Assembly (NCBI GenBank): GCA_963727625.1
Contig: CAVSHR010000009.1
Location: 96,001-160,000 of the forward strand
Source of the DNA: an uncultured delta proteobacterium
Lineage (GTDB): Bacteria > Desulfobacterota > Binatia > UBA9968
DNA: 64,000 bases
Reading direction: 5' to 3'
The notes under the pieces were generated by a model that had not been told where the DNA came from, made no database searches, and saw only the letters and a program-made list of their open reading frames with translations. Within the stretch, counting starts at the first letter, position 1. Every line of letters starts with the position of its first letter. The position numbers were made by a program, and so were the translations under genes. This document shows positions 48,784 to 58,583 of this stretch, one piece after another.

Positions 48784-50220
48784 ATGACGCCCTCGGTTGC
48801 ACAAGGAACTTCGCGGCGAACCTCGCAGCTCATTTTGTTGAGCGTCTGCCTCGGCCAGACTATCGTCGGCCTCGATCAGCGCGCCATCACCGTCGCGCTG
48901 CCGACGCTGACGACAACTTTCCACACGGCGTTCACGACCATTCAGTGGACCATTCTAGTCTACGATTTGGTGCTCATCGGCCTGATCATCACCATGGGCC
49001 GCCTCGGCGATATTTTTGGCCGGCGCCGCTTTTACACCCTGGGCTTTCTTATTTTCGTAAGCGCATCGGCGCTCTGTGGTCTATCGCAAAGCACCGGGCA
49101 ATTGATTTTCTTTCGCGCTATTCAGGCCCTCGGCGGTTCGATGATCGCGGCCAACGGCCGGGCCATCGTCTCGGTCAACTTGCCGCCTGAGGAGCGCGGC
49201 CGTGCTCTTGGGTTGACTTCCACGGCATTTCACATCGGCTTTCTCACCGGCCCGGCACTAGGGGGCTTTCTCATCGACACCATCGGCTGGCGCTGGATTT
49301 TCTACATCAACATGCCGTTCAGCCTATGCGGCGCCTACCTGGCCTGGAAAGTCGTCCCCGAGACCCGCATAACGGAGAAGACGGCGGTCGATATTCCGGG
49401 CGCCTTGCTGCTGCTTGCGACCAACGGTCTGTTTATCTACGCCATCGATCAATTGCCGCGCACCGGCTGGTTGCACCCGACCTTTCTAACAATCCTGTCG
49501 CTCGCCGTCGCGGCGCTGGTGGTCTTGTTGCGCGTCGAAGCCCGGACTCCAACTCCGATTCTGATCTTGTCCATGTTTCGCACCCGGCTGTTTAGCGCCG
49601 GCATCTCGAGCCTGTTTCTCGTTGCCGGCACCCTCTCGGCGATCAATTTTCTGCTGCCGTTCTTTTTGCAAAACCTGCTCGGCTACTCACCCTCGCAGGT
49701 CGGCTGGATCATCGTCGCCGACTCGGTGATCATCATGGTCATGGCGCCCATCGCCGGCTCCCTCTCCGACCGCTTCGGTTCGCGCCTGCTCTGCACGGTC
49801 GGCTGTGCCGTCATTGCCGTCGCGCAATTTTTCCTGGCCACACTGCACATGGACGCGACGCTGGCGCGGATCATCTTGCCGCTCGGCCTTTGGGGAATCG
49901 GCTGGGCGCTGTTCAATGCGCCAAACCAAAGCTCGATCCTGGGCGCGGTCGGTCCGGATAAGATCGGCGCCGCCGCCGGCATGATCGCAACCACCGCCCG
50001 TACCGGCGGTGCCATGGGCGTGGCGCTGTCGGCAACGCTGTTCGGCTATCTACTGGCGTCCGCAGGTTTGACCGGCGCGCAAATCGGCGCGCCCGAAAGC
50101 TGGCGCGCCGCGCCGGAAACATTTCTGCACGCATTCTCAACCACCATCTATGTGCTTAATCTCTTCACTCTGGCGGCGGTATTTTGCTCGGCGGTCAGGG
50201 GCCGGCGCCGGGTCGATTGA
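48784..50220 (+). CDS. DHA2-family MFS transporter (tandem paralog)
   Basis: AAGGA RBS, ATG 48784; GRLGDIFGRRR, WRWIFYINMP. Confidence 0.9.
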   Translation: MTPSVAQGTSRRTSQLILLSVCLGQTIVGLDQRAITVALPTLTTTFHTAFTTIQWTILVYDLVLIGLIITMGRLGDIFGRRRFYTLGFLIFVSASALCGLSQSTGQLIFFRAIQALGGSMIAANGRAIVSVNLPPEERGRALGLTSTAFHIGFLTGPALGGFLIDTIGWRWIFYINMPFSLCGAYLAWKVVPETRITEKTAVDIPGALLLLATNGLFIYAIDQLPRTGWLHPTFLTILSLAVAALVVLLRVEARTPTPILILSMFRTRLFSAGISSLFLVAGTLSAINFLLPFFLQNLLGYSPSQVGWIIVADSVIIMVMAPIAGSLSDRFGSRLLCTVGCAVIAVAQFFLATLHMDATLARIILPLGLWGIGWALFNAPNQSSILGAVGPDKIGAAAGMIATTARTGGAMGVALSATLFGYLLASAGLTGAQIGAPESWRAAPETFLHAFSTTIYVLNLFTLAAVFCSAVRGRRRVD

Positions 50221-50488
50221 CCGGCGACCCTTATTGATATTGAATTGCCGAATCGAGTGTTTTTTTGCACTTGACACAGATCATGGCGGCTCACTACTCT
50301 CCGGCGATCAAATAGCCGGCAGTCTACCCGGAGGTAGCCCTTAGAAATTGGATGGTGAAACAGTTCCATGCTGATAGTCCTGCTGGCTGTGGCAAGGCAA
50401 ATTTTATTTGGCTCCCCTATCTTCGCCGCCGAAGCGATCTCGGTGATTCGGCGCGACCAATGACTAAGAACACGACGCATCGCAACTC

Positions 50489-51610
50489 ATGAGCTGGTAT
50501 CTCCATATCGACATGGATGCGTTTTACGCATCGGTTGAACAGGTGCTCGACCCGAGCCTGAAGGGCAAACCGGTGATCGTCGGCGGCCGCAACGGCCGCG
50601 GCGTGGTCACTTCGGCTTCTTATGAAGCGCGCAAATTTGGCGTCCACTCGGCAATGCCGGGGTTTCAAGCGAAAAAGCTCTGCCCGCAAGGAATATTTTT
50701 GGCCAATCGGCGCCGTATCTATTCTGAATTCTCCGATAAAGTTTTTGCAATTCTGGAGCAGTATTCGCCAAATGTTAAGGCCCTTTCCATCGACGAAGGA
50801 CTCGTCGATTTAACCGGCACCGAGCGGCTCTTCGGCCCGCCGCTCACGACCGCCGACGGGATCATTCGTCGCATCGCGAGCGAGCTCGGCCTGCCCTCTT
50901 CCGGCGGGCTTTCGACCAGCAGAGTGACGGCGAAAATCGCTGCAACCCTGGCCAAGCCGCGCGGGCTTGTTTACGTGCCGGCCGGCTCGGAAGAAGATTT
51001 TCTCGAGCCCTTGGCCGTGGAAATGATTCCCGGCGTCGGCCCGAAAACGCTCAAGGCGCTTAATCTTAAAAAGATTAAAACTATCGCCGAGCTCTTACAA
51101 CGCGCTGATTTAGCGGCGCGCTATTTGGATCTCGGCGCAACGGCCGAGCGCCGCCATCATCACGATCATTCCGTCGGCAATGAAACGACTCTCGAAAAGC
51201 CGCTCAAGGGAATTGCCGAGATGGAAAAAATCCTCTGGGAGCTGGTCGAGGAAGTGGGCGGCAGATTGCGCAGGGAAGAATTATTCGCGCGCTGCCTGAC
51301 CGTAAAAATTCGCTACAGCGATTTTCACACGATCACCCGGTCGCGCACCCTGGCGGCACCGACTTGCTTCGACAAGGAAATGTTTGAAGTCACCGCCGGC
51401 TTGCTCCGGCAAAACCTCGCGCGCGGCCGAGCCGTGCGCCTGCTCGGCGTGAGCGCCAGCGCGCTGCAAAACTCGGGCTGGCAAGAACCGCTGTTGCAAC
51501 GTGACCGGCGCGAGTCTTTCGAGCGGCTTTATAAAGGCATCGACGCGCTGCGCCGGAAGTACGGCGAGAATGCTATCGGCGCAGCCACGCCGCGACAGCG
51601 CGCCGGTTGA
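50489..51610 (+). CDS. dinB: DNA polymerase IV
   Basis: HIDMDAFYASVE, SYEARKFGVHSAMP, SIDE, VRLLGV. Confidence 0.93.
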   Translation: MSWYLHIDMDAFYASVEQVLDPSLKGKPVIVGGRNGRGVVTSASYEARKFGVHSAMPGFQAKKLCPQGIFLANRRRIYSEFSDKVFAILEQYSPNVKALSIDEGLVDLTGTERLFGPPLTTADGIIRRIASELGLPSSGGLSTSRVTAKIAATLAKPRGLVYVPAGSEEDFLEPLAVEMIPGVGPKTLKALNLKKIKTIAELLQRADLAARYLDLGATAERRHHHDHSVGNETTLEKPLKGIAEMEKILWELVEEVGGRLRREELFARCLTVKIRYSDFHTITRSRTLAAPTCFDKEMFEVTAGLLRQNLARGRAVRLLGVSASALQNSGWQEPLLQRDRRESFERLYKGIDALRRKYGENAIGAATPRQRAG

Positions 51611-51655
51611 TTTTCCCCTCAAAGCTCCTTACTGTTTTTTCACACGTTACCGATC

Positions 51656-52708
51656 ATGGCCAATTCTACCCATGCTTTTCTCGCGGCTTGCCGGCGCGAG
51701 GCGGCTTCATACACGCCAATCTGGCTGATGCGCCAAGCCGGCCGCTATATGGAAGATTATCGCAAACTGCGAGCGCGGCATGATTTTCTTGAATTGTGCA
51801 AAAATCCCGACCTTGCCGCGGAAATTACGATCACGCCGGTGGAGCGACTCGGCGTCGACGCGGCGATTCTGTTCGCCGATATTTTACTGATCCTCGAACC
51901 CATGGGTGTCGGCTTGGAATATTCCAAAGGCGATGGCCCGGTGATCCATCGCCCGGTGCGCAGCGGCAAGGACGTCGACGGCCTGAAGGATTTCGCGCCG
52001 GCGAAAGATTTGGAGTTTGTTTACGATGCAGTGAAAAAAATCAGCAAGGCGCTGAAAAACAAAGTGCCGCTCATCGGCTTCGCCGGCGCGCCGTTCACGC
52101 TAGCATCCTATCTGATCGAAGGCGGCGGCTCACGCAACTACGTGCATACCAAGAAACTTTTCTATAACGCTCCGGAGGCGTGGCAGCGCCTGATGGAGCG
52201 GCTCGCCAATGCGGTCGCGGAATATTTGAATTGCCAGATCGCCGCTGGCGCCCAGGCGGTCCAGTTGTTCGACAGCTGGGCCGGCTGTTTGACGCCGATG
52301 GATTATGAACGCTTTGCTCAGCCCTACACCAAGACAGTGATCGACGCCATTACCCCGGGCGTTCCGGTGATTAACTTCAGCACCGGCACCACCGGCGCGC
52401 TCAAACAGATTCGCGCCGCCGGCGGCGACGTGATCGGTCTGGACTGGCGCGTGAACCTCGACGAGGGTTGGGCCACGGTCGGCCACGATGTTGCGGTGCA
52501 AGGCAATCTCGATCCGGTCGCCCTGTTCGCCGCACCCAAGGAAATTAAAGCACGCGCCGGCGATATTCTGCGCCGCGCCGGCGGACGGCCCGGCCATATT
52601 TTCAATCTCGGGCACGGCGTTTTGCCCGAAACGCCGGTGGACCACGTGATCGCCTTGGTCGAAGCGGTGCACGAGCTCAGCGCGAGGAATACTGGAGTAA
52701 TGGAGTGA
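51656..52708 (+). CDS. hemE: uroporphyrinogen decarboxylase
   Basis: PIWLMRQAGRY, DAAILFADIL, QGNLDP, HIFNLGHG. Confidence 0.96.
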   Translation: MANSTHAFLAACRREAASYTPIWLMRQAGRYMEDYRKLRARHDFLELCKNPDLAAEITITPVERLGVDAAILFADILLILEPMGVGLEYSKGDGPVIHRPVRSGKDVDGLKDFAPAKDLEFVYDAVKKISKALKNKVPLIGFAGAPFTLASYLIEGGGSRNYVHTKKLFYNAPEAWQRLMERLANAVAEYLNCQIAAGAQAVQLFDSWAGCLTPMDYERFAQPYTKTVIDAITPGVPVINFSTGTTGALKQIRAAGGDVIGLDWRVNLDEGWATVGHDVAVQGNLDPVALFAAPKEIKARAGDILRRAGGRPGHIFNLGHGVLPETPVDHVIALVEAVHELSARNTGVME

Positions 52709-52810
52709 TGGAGTACTGGAGTGACGGAGTACTGGAGTAATGTTTCATACGCGATGACCGATCAAGCCGTTATTCCATCATTCCAACACTCCATCACTCC
52801 AGTATTCCAG
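52686..52810. repeat. inverted arrays of 8-mer GGAGTRNT repeats
   Basis: 7 units at 52686-52741 and 5 complementary units at 52769-52808. Confidence 0.85.
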
Positions 52811-52819
52811 TAAGTTCCC

Positions 52820-53764
52820 ATGCCGGAATCTTACCAGGCTATTCTTCTCATCGCCTTCGGCGGCCCCACGGCACCGGAAGAAATTCGCCCTTATCTGGCC
52901 CGTGTAACCAAGGGAATTCCGATCCCGCCCGAACGCCTCGAGGAAGTCGCGCATCACTACGAAGCGGTTGGCGGCAAGTCGCCGCTTAACGAAATCACTT
53001 TCCGTCAAGCAGCCGCGGTGCAAACATTATTAAACGCGCGCGGCATGAAACTTCCGGTGTATGTCGGCATGCGCAACTCGCCGCCCTTCTTTGTCGAAAC
53101 GCTAAAGACAATGGCCGGCGACGGCGTTAGCCGCGCGCTGGGTTTTATTCTCTCATCGCACCGCACCGAAGCGAGCTGGGAGCGCTATCAGAAAAATATC
53201 GCTGAAGGGAGCGCGGAGCTGGGCGGTAACGCGCCCGCCGTCGATTATTGCGACAGCTGGCACGATCATCCGCTTTTTATCCAAACTTGGTCGGAGCTCA
53301 TCGATGCCGCTTTTGCGAAGATTAAAGCGGATCGGAAAAATTCACCGTCGCTGGTTTTCACCGCTCATAGCCTGCCCGTGCCGATGGCGGCGAGATCGCC
53401 CTACGTCGAGCAACTTGAAACCAGCGCTCGCCTGATCGCCGAGCGGCTGGGCCGTCGACGCTGGTCGCTCGCCTATCAAAGCCGCAGCGGCAAACCAAGC
53501 GATCCTTGGCTCGAGCCCGACATCGACTCAGCCCTGCGCAAGCTCGCCGCCAATGGATGCCGGGAAGCCGTCGTCGCACCCATTGGTTTCGTTTGCGACC
53601 ACGTCGAGGTGCTCTACGATCTCGATATCGAAGCTCGGAACTTCGCCGCCGATTTGGGCGTGAATCTGGTCCGCGCAAGCTGCCCCAACGATCATTCGAC
53701 GTTTATACGCATGATCGCAGAAGTGATCACGCAAAGGATGAAACCGATCGACGATCGAGGATAG
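52820..53764 (+). CDS. hemH: ferrochelatase
   Basis: GGKSPL, FTAHSLP, YQSRSG...WLEP, GFVCDHVEVLYDLD. Confidence 0.93.
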   Translation: MPESYQAILLIAFGGPTAPEEIRPYLARVTKGIPIPPERLEEVAHHYEAVGGKSPLNEITFRQAAAVQTLLNARGMKLPVYVGMRNSPPFFVETLKTMAGDGVSRALGFILSSHRTEASWERYQKNIAEGSAELGGNAPAVDYCDSWHDHPLFIQTWSELIDAAFAKIKADRKNSPSLVFTAHSLPVPMAARSPYVEQLETSARLIAERLGRRRWSLAYQSRSGKPSDPWLEPDIDSALRKLAANGCREAVVAPIGFVCDHVEVLYDLDIEARNFAADLGVNLVRASCPNDHSTFIRMIAEVITQRMKPIDDRG

Positions 53765-53804
53765 AAAATGGAGAATCGTCATCCTCAATCATCGATCCTC
53801 CACC
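53746..53804. repeat. inverted arrays of 7-mer GATCGAG-like repeats
   Basis: gatcgac gatcgag gatagaa aatggag / catcctc aatcatc gatcctc. Confidence 0.6.
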
Positions 53805-53817
53805 TGCGACCTACGGT

Positions 53818-55248
53818 ATGATGAAGCGCATCGTTGTCATCGGCGGAGGAATCGCTGGACTTGCCGCCGCCCATCGAGTCGTCGAGCTCAGTAACGAACG
53901 AGCCCTCGGTCTCGACGTGCAGCTCCTTGAAGCCTCGGCTCGCCTCGGCGGTTCCATCGCCACCGAGCGCGTCGGCGACTTTATCGTCGAAGCCGGCCCG
54001 GATTCCTTCATTACCGAAAAGCCCTGGGCGCTGCGCCTCTGCGAGCGCATCGGTCTCTCGTCCCGCCTTGTGTCGACCCAGTCGGCGTATCAAAAAATTT
54101 ACATCATCCAGGGCGGCAAGCTCGTCGCTTTGCCTGAAGGGTTTTTCTTGCTGGCGCCGACGCGTCTTCGGCCGTTCGTCGAAACGCCGCTCTTTTCCTG
54201 GTCCGGCAAATTCCGCATAGCGGCCGAGCTATTCTTGCCTCGCGGTAAAGTTGACGGCGATGAAAGTCTCGGCGCTTTCGTGCGCCGCCGCTTCGGCAGC
54301 GAAGCCCTCGAGCGGGTGGCCCAACCGCTGGTCGGCGGCATTTACGCCTCCGACCCCGACCAGCTCAGCCTCGGCGCCACCATGCCGCGCTTCAAAGCGA
54401 TGGAGCGCCGGCGGCGCAGCGTGATCTGGGCGATGTGGTCCGAGCAACGCCGACGCGCGCGCAGCCGGGAATCCGGCAGCGGCGCTCGCTGGAGTTTATT
54501 CGTTACCCTTAAGGGAGGAATGCAGGAACTGGTCGAGGCTGTCGCCGAGCGTTTGCCCAAAGGCGCCCTGCGCGCCAACGCGGCGGTCACCCGTTTGAGT
54601 CTGGGCGAAAGCGGAAAGCATTGGCGCATCACGATTGCCGGTGACGAGACGATTTCGGCTGATGGTGTGATTCTCGCCACGCCGGCGTTTCAAAGCGGCA
54701 CAATCCTTTCATCGGTTGCCGGGAATACGGCCGGCGAGCTTAAGCAGATCGAGTACGCATCCACGGCGACCGTGAGCCTCGCCTATCGCCGCGCAGATTT
54801 TCCCAAGCCGCCCGACAGCTTCGGCTTTGTCGTGCCGGCTGCCGAGCGGCGCAAGATCATGGCCTGCACCTTCAGCAGCTTGAAATATCCCGGCAGAGCG
54901 CCCGAGACTGACATTCTTTTGCGCTGCTTTGTTGGCGGCGCTCTGCAGCCGGAGCTCTTCGACGTCGACGACGCAACGATGAAGAAAATTGTCCGCGACG
55001 AACTGGCGAGCCTGCTCGGTGTGACCGCACCGCCGCAAGTTTCACGCGTCTGGCGCCATCCTCTTTCGATGCCGCAGTATCACGTCGGCCACGAGGCGCG
55101 TATCCGAAGGATCGAAACCGCGTTGAAACAATTTTCAAGCCTTGCTCTAGCCGGCAGCGCGTACCATGGCGTCGGCATCCCCGACTGCGTCCGCACCGGC
55201 GAGGAAGCCGCGGAAAAAATCGTCAGTTATTTAGCATCGAACTCGTAG
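53818..55248 (+). CDS. hemY: HemY-type proto/coproporphyrinogen oxidase
   Basis: IGGGIAGLAAA, EAGPDSF, GIYASDP, MPQYHVGH, GVGIPDC. Confidence 0.92.
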   Translation: MMKRIVVIGGGIAGLAAAHRVVELSNERALGLDVQLLEASARLGGSIATERVGDFIVEAGPDSFITEKPWALRLCERIGLSSRLVSTQSAYQKIYIIQGGKLVALPEGFFLLAPTRLRPFVETPLFSWSGKFRIAAELFLPRGKVDGDESLGAFVRRRFGSEALERVAQPLVGGIYASDPDQLSLGATMPRFKAMERRRRSVIWAMWSEQRRRARSRESGSGARWSLFVTLKGGMQELVEAVAERLPKGALRANAAVTRLSLGESGKHWRITIAGDETISADGVILATPAFQSGTILSSVAGNTAGELKQIEYASTATVSLAYRRADFPKPPDSFGFVVPAAERRKIMACTFSSLKYPGRAPETDILLRCFVGGALQPELFDVDDATMKKIVRDELASLLGVTAPPQVSRVWRHPLSMPQYHVGHEARIRRIETALKQFSSLALAGSAYHGVGIPDCVRTGEEAAEKIVSYLASNS

Positions 55249-55419
55249 GCTGCCTTGCCCACCCATCTTTGAATTCGACGCTGCCGGCGGGTACGGTGCC
55301 CAGGCGCTTCCTACGGCTCTTGTTCACGTTGATAGCGCAACCCGGCGTTAGGAAACTCCGACCCGAAAGAGCGATCATTTCCCTTGACGCCCATAGGAAA
55401 GCGAGGCTATGACTCGGGC

Positions 55420-56259
55420 ATGCTGATCATCGATTCTCAAGTTCACCTCTGGGCGCCCGAGACTCCGGAGAAACCCTACGCCACGGAAAACGCCTCCAAG
55501 CCGCACCGACAAGTTCCGCTCGGTGCCGACGAACTATTGCGCGAAATGGACGGTGCCGGCGTCGCGCGCTGCGTGCTCGTGCCGCCGACCTGGGAAGCCG
55601 ATCGCAACGATACTTCTCTCGACGCCGCGCGAAAGCACCCCGACCGGTTTGGCGTGATGGGACGATTGTCTCTGACCGACCCGGACAGCCGAGCTCGAAT
55701 CGCGACCTGGAAACAGCAGCCGCATATGTTAGGCGTCCGTATGGTTTTCAATCGGGGACAATCCGGCGCTTGGTTGACCGACGGCACTGCTGATTGGTTT
55801 TGGGACGCTGCCGAACGTTACGGCGTTCCGGTCATGGCTATGGCGCCGAACGATGTGCCGAAGCTGGGCGACGTCGCCGAACGCCATCCGGGCTTGCGGC
55901 TGATCATCGACCACATGGGGCTCAACTCGGTGTTGCGCGGCAAACCGCTCGGTCCGTCGGTTGAGAATGTTATCAAGCTCGCGCGGCTGAAAAATGTCGC
56001 CGTGAAAGTTTCCGCTCTGCCCTGCTACGTCGCCGAGCCCTATCCGTTTCCTACACTCCATCCGCTGGTGCGCCGTGTCGTCGACGCCTTCGGGTCACAG
56101 CGCTGTTTTTGGGGCACGGATCTCTCCCATCTCCCCTGCCCCTACAATCAAGTTGTGACGCTCTTTACCGAAGAGATGAAGTCGCTGTCGGCACCCGAGT
56201 TGGAATGGATCATGGGCCGCGGCCTCGCCCAATGGCTGAACTGGCCCTTGCCCGAATAA
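55420..56259 (+). CDS. Amidohydro_2 family (lactonase-like)
   Basis: IIDSQVHLW, IIDHMG, VKVS, FWGTD. Confidence 0.88.
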   Translation: MLIIDSQVHLWAPETPEKPYATENASKPHRQVPLGADELLREMDGAGVARCVLVPPTWEADRNDTSLDAARKHPDRFGVMGRLSLTDPDSRARIATWKQQPHMLGVRMVFNRGQSGAWLTDGTADWFWDAAERYGVPVMAMAPNDVPKLGDVAERHPGLRLIIDHMGLNSVLRGKPLGPSVENVIKLARLKNVAVKVSALPCYVAEPYPFPTLHPLVRRVVDAFGSQRCFWGTDLSHLPCPYNQVVTLFTEEMKSLSAPELEWIMGRGLAQWLNWPLPE

Positions 56260-56412
56260 CCCCCCACGTGTCGTACGTTCGACTTGAATTCGTCCCCGGT
56301 GTGGATGAATCGATCAGGAGATTATAGCGAGCCCTTTTTTAAGCCGAATATTCCCATAAAATAAGTCATAGATTCCACGGCGCAAGGCGCGCCGCAGGAA
56401 ATTGATTGGATC

Positions 56413-57699
56413 ATGACCATCGCCATAACAATCCTCATTGCCATTGCGTTCACCTTTTGTCTCGACAGCGTGAGTGCGCCCGCTCAGGAGAGCACGCTTC
56501 GTTTCGTCATCTGGAAGTCGGAAGCTCCCAAGCTGTGGGAAGACGCGATGCGCGAATTCGAGAGGCGCAATCCCGGCGTCCGCATGATTCAAGAGGTCGG
56601 TCCGCACTCGTCTACACAATTTCACGATCTGGTCACGCAGAAACTGAAGAACCGCGATCGCGAGATGGACGTGTTCCTGATGGACGTCGTGTGGCCCGCG
56701 GAGTTTGCCTCGGCGGGATGGGCTTTGCCGTTGGAAAAATTTTTCCCCGAGGCGGAGCAGAAAAAGTTTCTCGCCGCTCCGCTTCTGGCCAATCGTTATC
56801 GCGGCCGCATTTACGGCGTGCCCCTGTTCGTCGACGCCGGCCTGCTCTATTACCGAAAGGACTTGCTGGAAAAATATCACCTGACACCCCCGCGCACGTG
56901 GCCCGAGCTGGTCGACCAAGCCAAGCAGATTCTCGGGCGCGAAAACGATCCGCAATTGGTCGGCTACTCCGGCCAGTTCAAACAGTACGAAGGCCTCATC
57001 TGCGACATGATGGAGTTCATTCTCAGCAACGGCGGGGCGCTGTGGGACAAAAAACGGCTGGTGAGCGCGCTGCAGCATCCACCGGCCGTGGCGGCGGTCC
57101 GTTTCGTGCGCGACCAAATCATCGGCGAGATCTCCCACCGCGGCGTGCTTGCCTACCAAGAACCCGAGTCGCTGGCGCTTTTTACTCAGGGAAGAGCCAT
57201 CTTTCATCGCAACTGGCCCTATGCATGGAAGATCGCCAACGACCCTGAGCGCTCGAAGGTCGCGGGCAGAATCGCCATGGCGACCCTGCCTCACTTTCCC
57301 GGAGGGCACGGAGTCGCAACCCTCGGCGGCTGGCAAATGGGAATCAGCAGCTTCTCGCGAAAACCCGAGCTGGCGTGGCGCTTCGTCGACTTCATGACGA
57401 GCCCCGAGATGCAGAAGCGGATCGCTCTCGCCACCGGCCGTCCGCCCACACGCCTTGCGCTCTACGACGATTCGGAACTGCGCCGAAAAATACCGCAGCT
57501 CATGTCCCTTCTGGAAAATTTCAAGCAGGCGGTGCCGCGCCCCACAACGCCGGTGTACGTGCCGCTCTCGAATATCATGCAGCGCTATTTCAGCTCGGTG
57601 CTGTCCTTGCCGGACACCAACATCAAGGAGCGCGCCGCCCTGGCGGCCCGGGAAATGGACCGCGTCCTGGATCTTTTGCGCGGGGCGCCGGCGCCATGA
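56413..57699 (+). CDS. carbohydrate ABC substrate-binding protein
   Basis: DVVWPAEFA, LYYRKDLL, YEGL-C, RNWPYA, LGGW. Confidence 0.9.
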   Translation: MTIAITILIAIAFTFCLDSVSAPAQESTLRFVIWKSEAPKLWEDAMREFERRNPGVRMIQEVGPHSSTQFHDLVTQKLKNRDREMDVFLMDVVWPAEFASAGWALPLEKFFPEAEQKKFLAAPLLANRYRGRIYGVPLFVDAGLLYYRKDLLEKYHLTPPRTWPELVDQAKQILGRENDPQLVGYSGQFKQYEGLICDMMEFILSNGGALWDKKRLVSALQHPPAVAAVRFVRDQIIGEISHRGVLAYQEPESLALFTQGRAIFHRNWPYAWKIANDPERSKVAGRIAMATLPHFPGGHGVATLGGWQMGISSFSRKPELAWRFVDFMTSPEMQKRIALATGRPPTRLALYDDSELRRKIPQLMSLLENFKQAVPRPTTPVYVPLSNIMQRYFSSVLSLPDTNIKERAALAAREMDRVLDLLRGAPAP

Positions 57700-58583
57700 G
57701 ACGCTATCATCGGCTGGCGTTGCTCTTTCTCTTTCCGAGTTTGATCTTCGTCGGCCTATTCACTTTCTATCCGATCTTCGAATCTTTCCGGTTGAGCTTT
57801 TACCGGATGATTTTGACCCTGCCATGGCTCGGTCAGAAAATGGTCGGCTGGGAAAACTACGCCGATCTCTGGACCGATCCCGTCGCGATGCAGTCGCTCA
57901 AGACCACTCTGACATTCGTCGCCGTGACCATCCCGCTGGAGCTTTTGTTCGGGTTGGGCATGGCGCTGGTGATGAACGAGGTTTTTCACGGCCGCGGACT
58001 GCTGCGGGCGATCGTGCTGGTGCCCTGGGCGATCCCCACGGTGGTTTCCTCGCAGATGTGGCGCTTTATTTTTAACGATCGCTACGGCTTGTTTAATTTC
58101 CTCTTGTTCGGCGACGATACCACGCGCTATATGGCACCGCTGGCTGAGCCGGGGCTAGCGCTCGTCGCGATCATGGTGGCGGAGATCTGGAAAACTACGC
58201 CCTTCGCGGCGCTGATACTTTTGGCTGGTTTACAGACGATCCCCGATGACTTTTACGAAGCGGCCGGCATCGACGGTGCCGGAACTTGGCAGAAGTTCCG
58301 TTACGTGACCCTGCCGTTGATCCGACCGGCTCTGCTCTTGGCGCTTTTGTTTCGCAGCATCGATGCCCTGCGGGTGTTCGATCTCGTCTTCGTCATGACC
58401 CAGGGCGGTCCCGCAGACGCGACCAATGTGCTGCAATTCTACGGCTACAAGAAAAGCTTCGCCGAAGGGATGATCGGTTACGGCTCCGCCATCGCCGTCG
58501 GAGTTTTTATCCTGTCATTGGCGCTCTCACTGGCCTATTTGCGGCTGCTTCGGGGAAGCCGGTTGGAAGGAGCGGCGCGATGA
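57696..58583 (+). CDS. carbohydrate ABC permease
   Basis: ATGA overlap; PWAIP, WKTTPF, EAAGIDGA. Confidence 0.9.
   Translation: MRRYHRLALLFLFPSLIFVGLFTFYPIFESFRLSFYRMILTLPWLGQKMVGWENYADLWTDPVAMQSLKTTLTFVAVTIPLELLFGLGMALVMNEVFHGRGLLRAIVLVPWAIPTVVSSQMWRFIFNDRYGLFNFLLFGDDTTRYMAPLAEPGLALVAIMVAEIWKTTPFAALILLAGLQTIPDDFYEAAGIDGAGTWQKFRYVTLPLIRPALLLALLFRSIDALRVFDLVFVMTQGGPADATNVLQFYGYKKSFAEGMIGYGSAIAVGVFILSLALSLAYLRLLRGSRLEGAAR

Noticed and set aside
50225-50490. Structured leader, SOS box or small ORFs before dinB
   Set aside because: No convincing riboswitch or LexA match; short ORFs (including a signal-peptide-like MLIVLLAVA...) lack support
52686-52810. Possible CRISPR array
   Set aside because: 8-bp tandem units with no unique spacers and no cas genes
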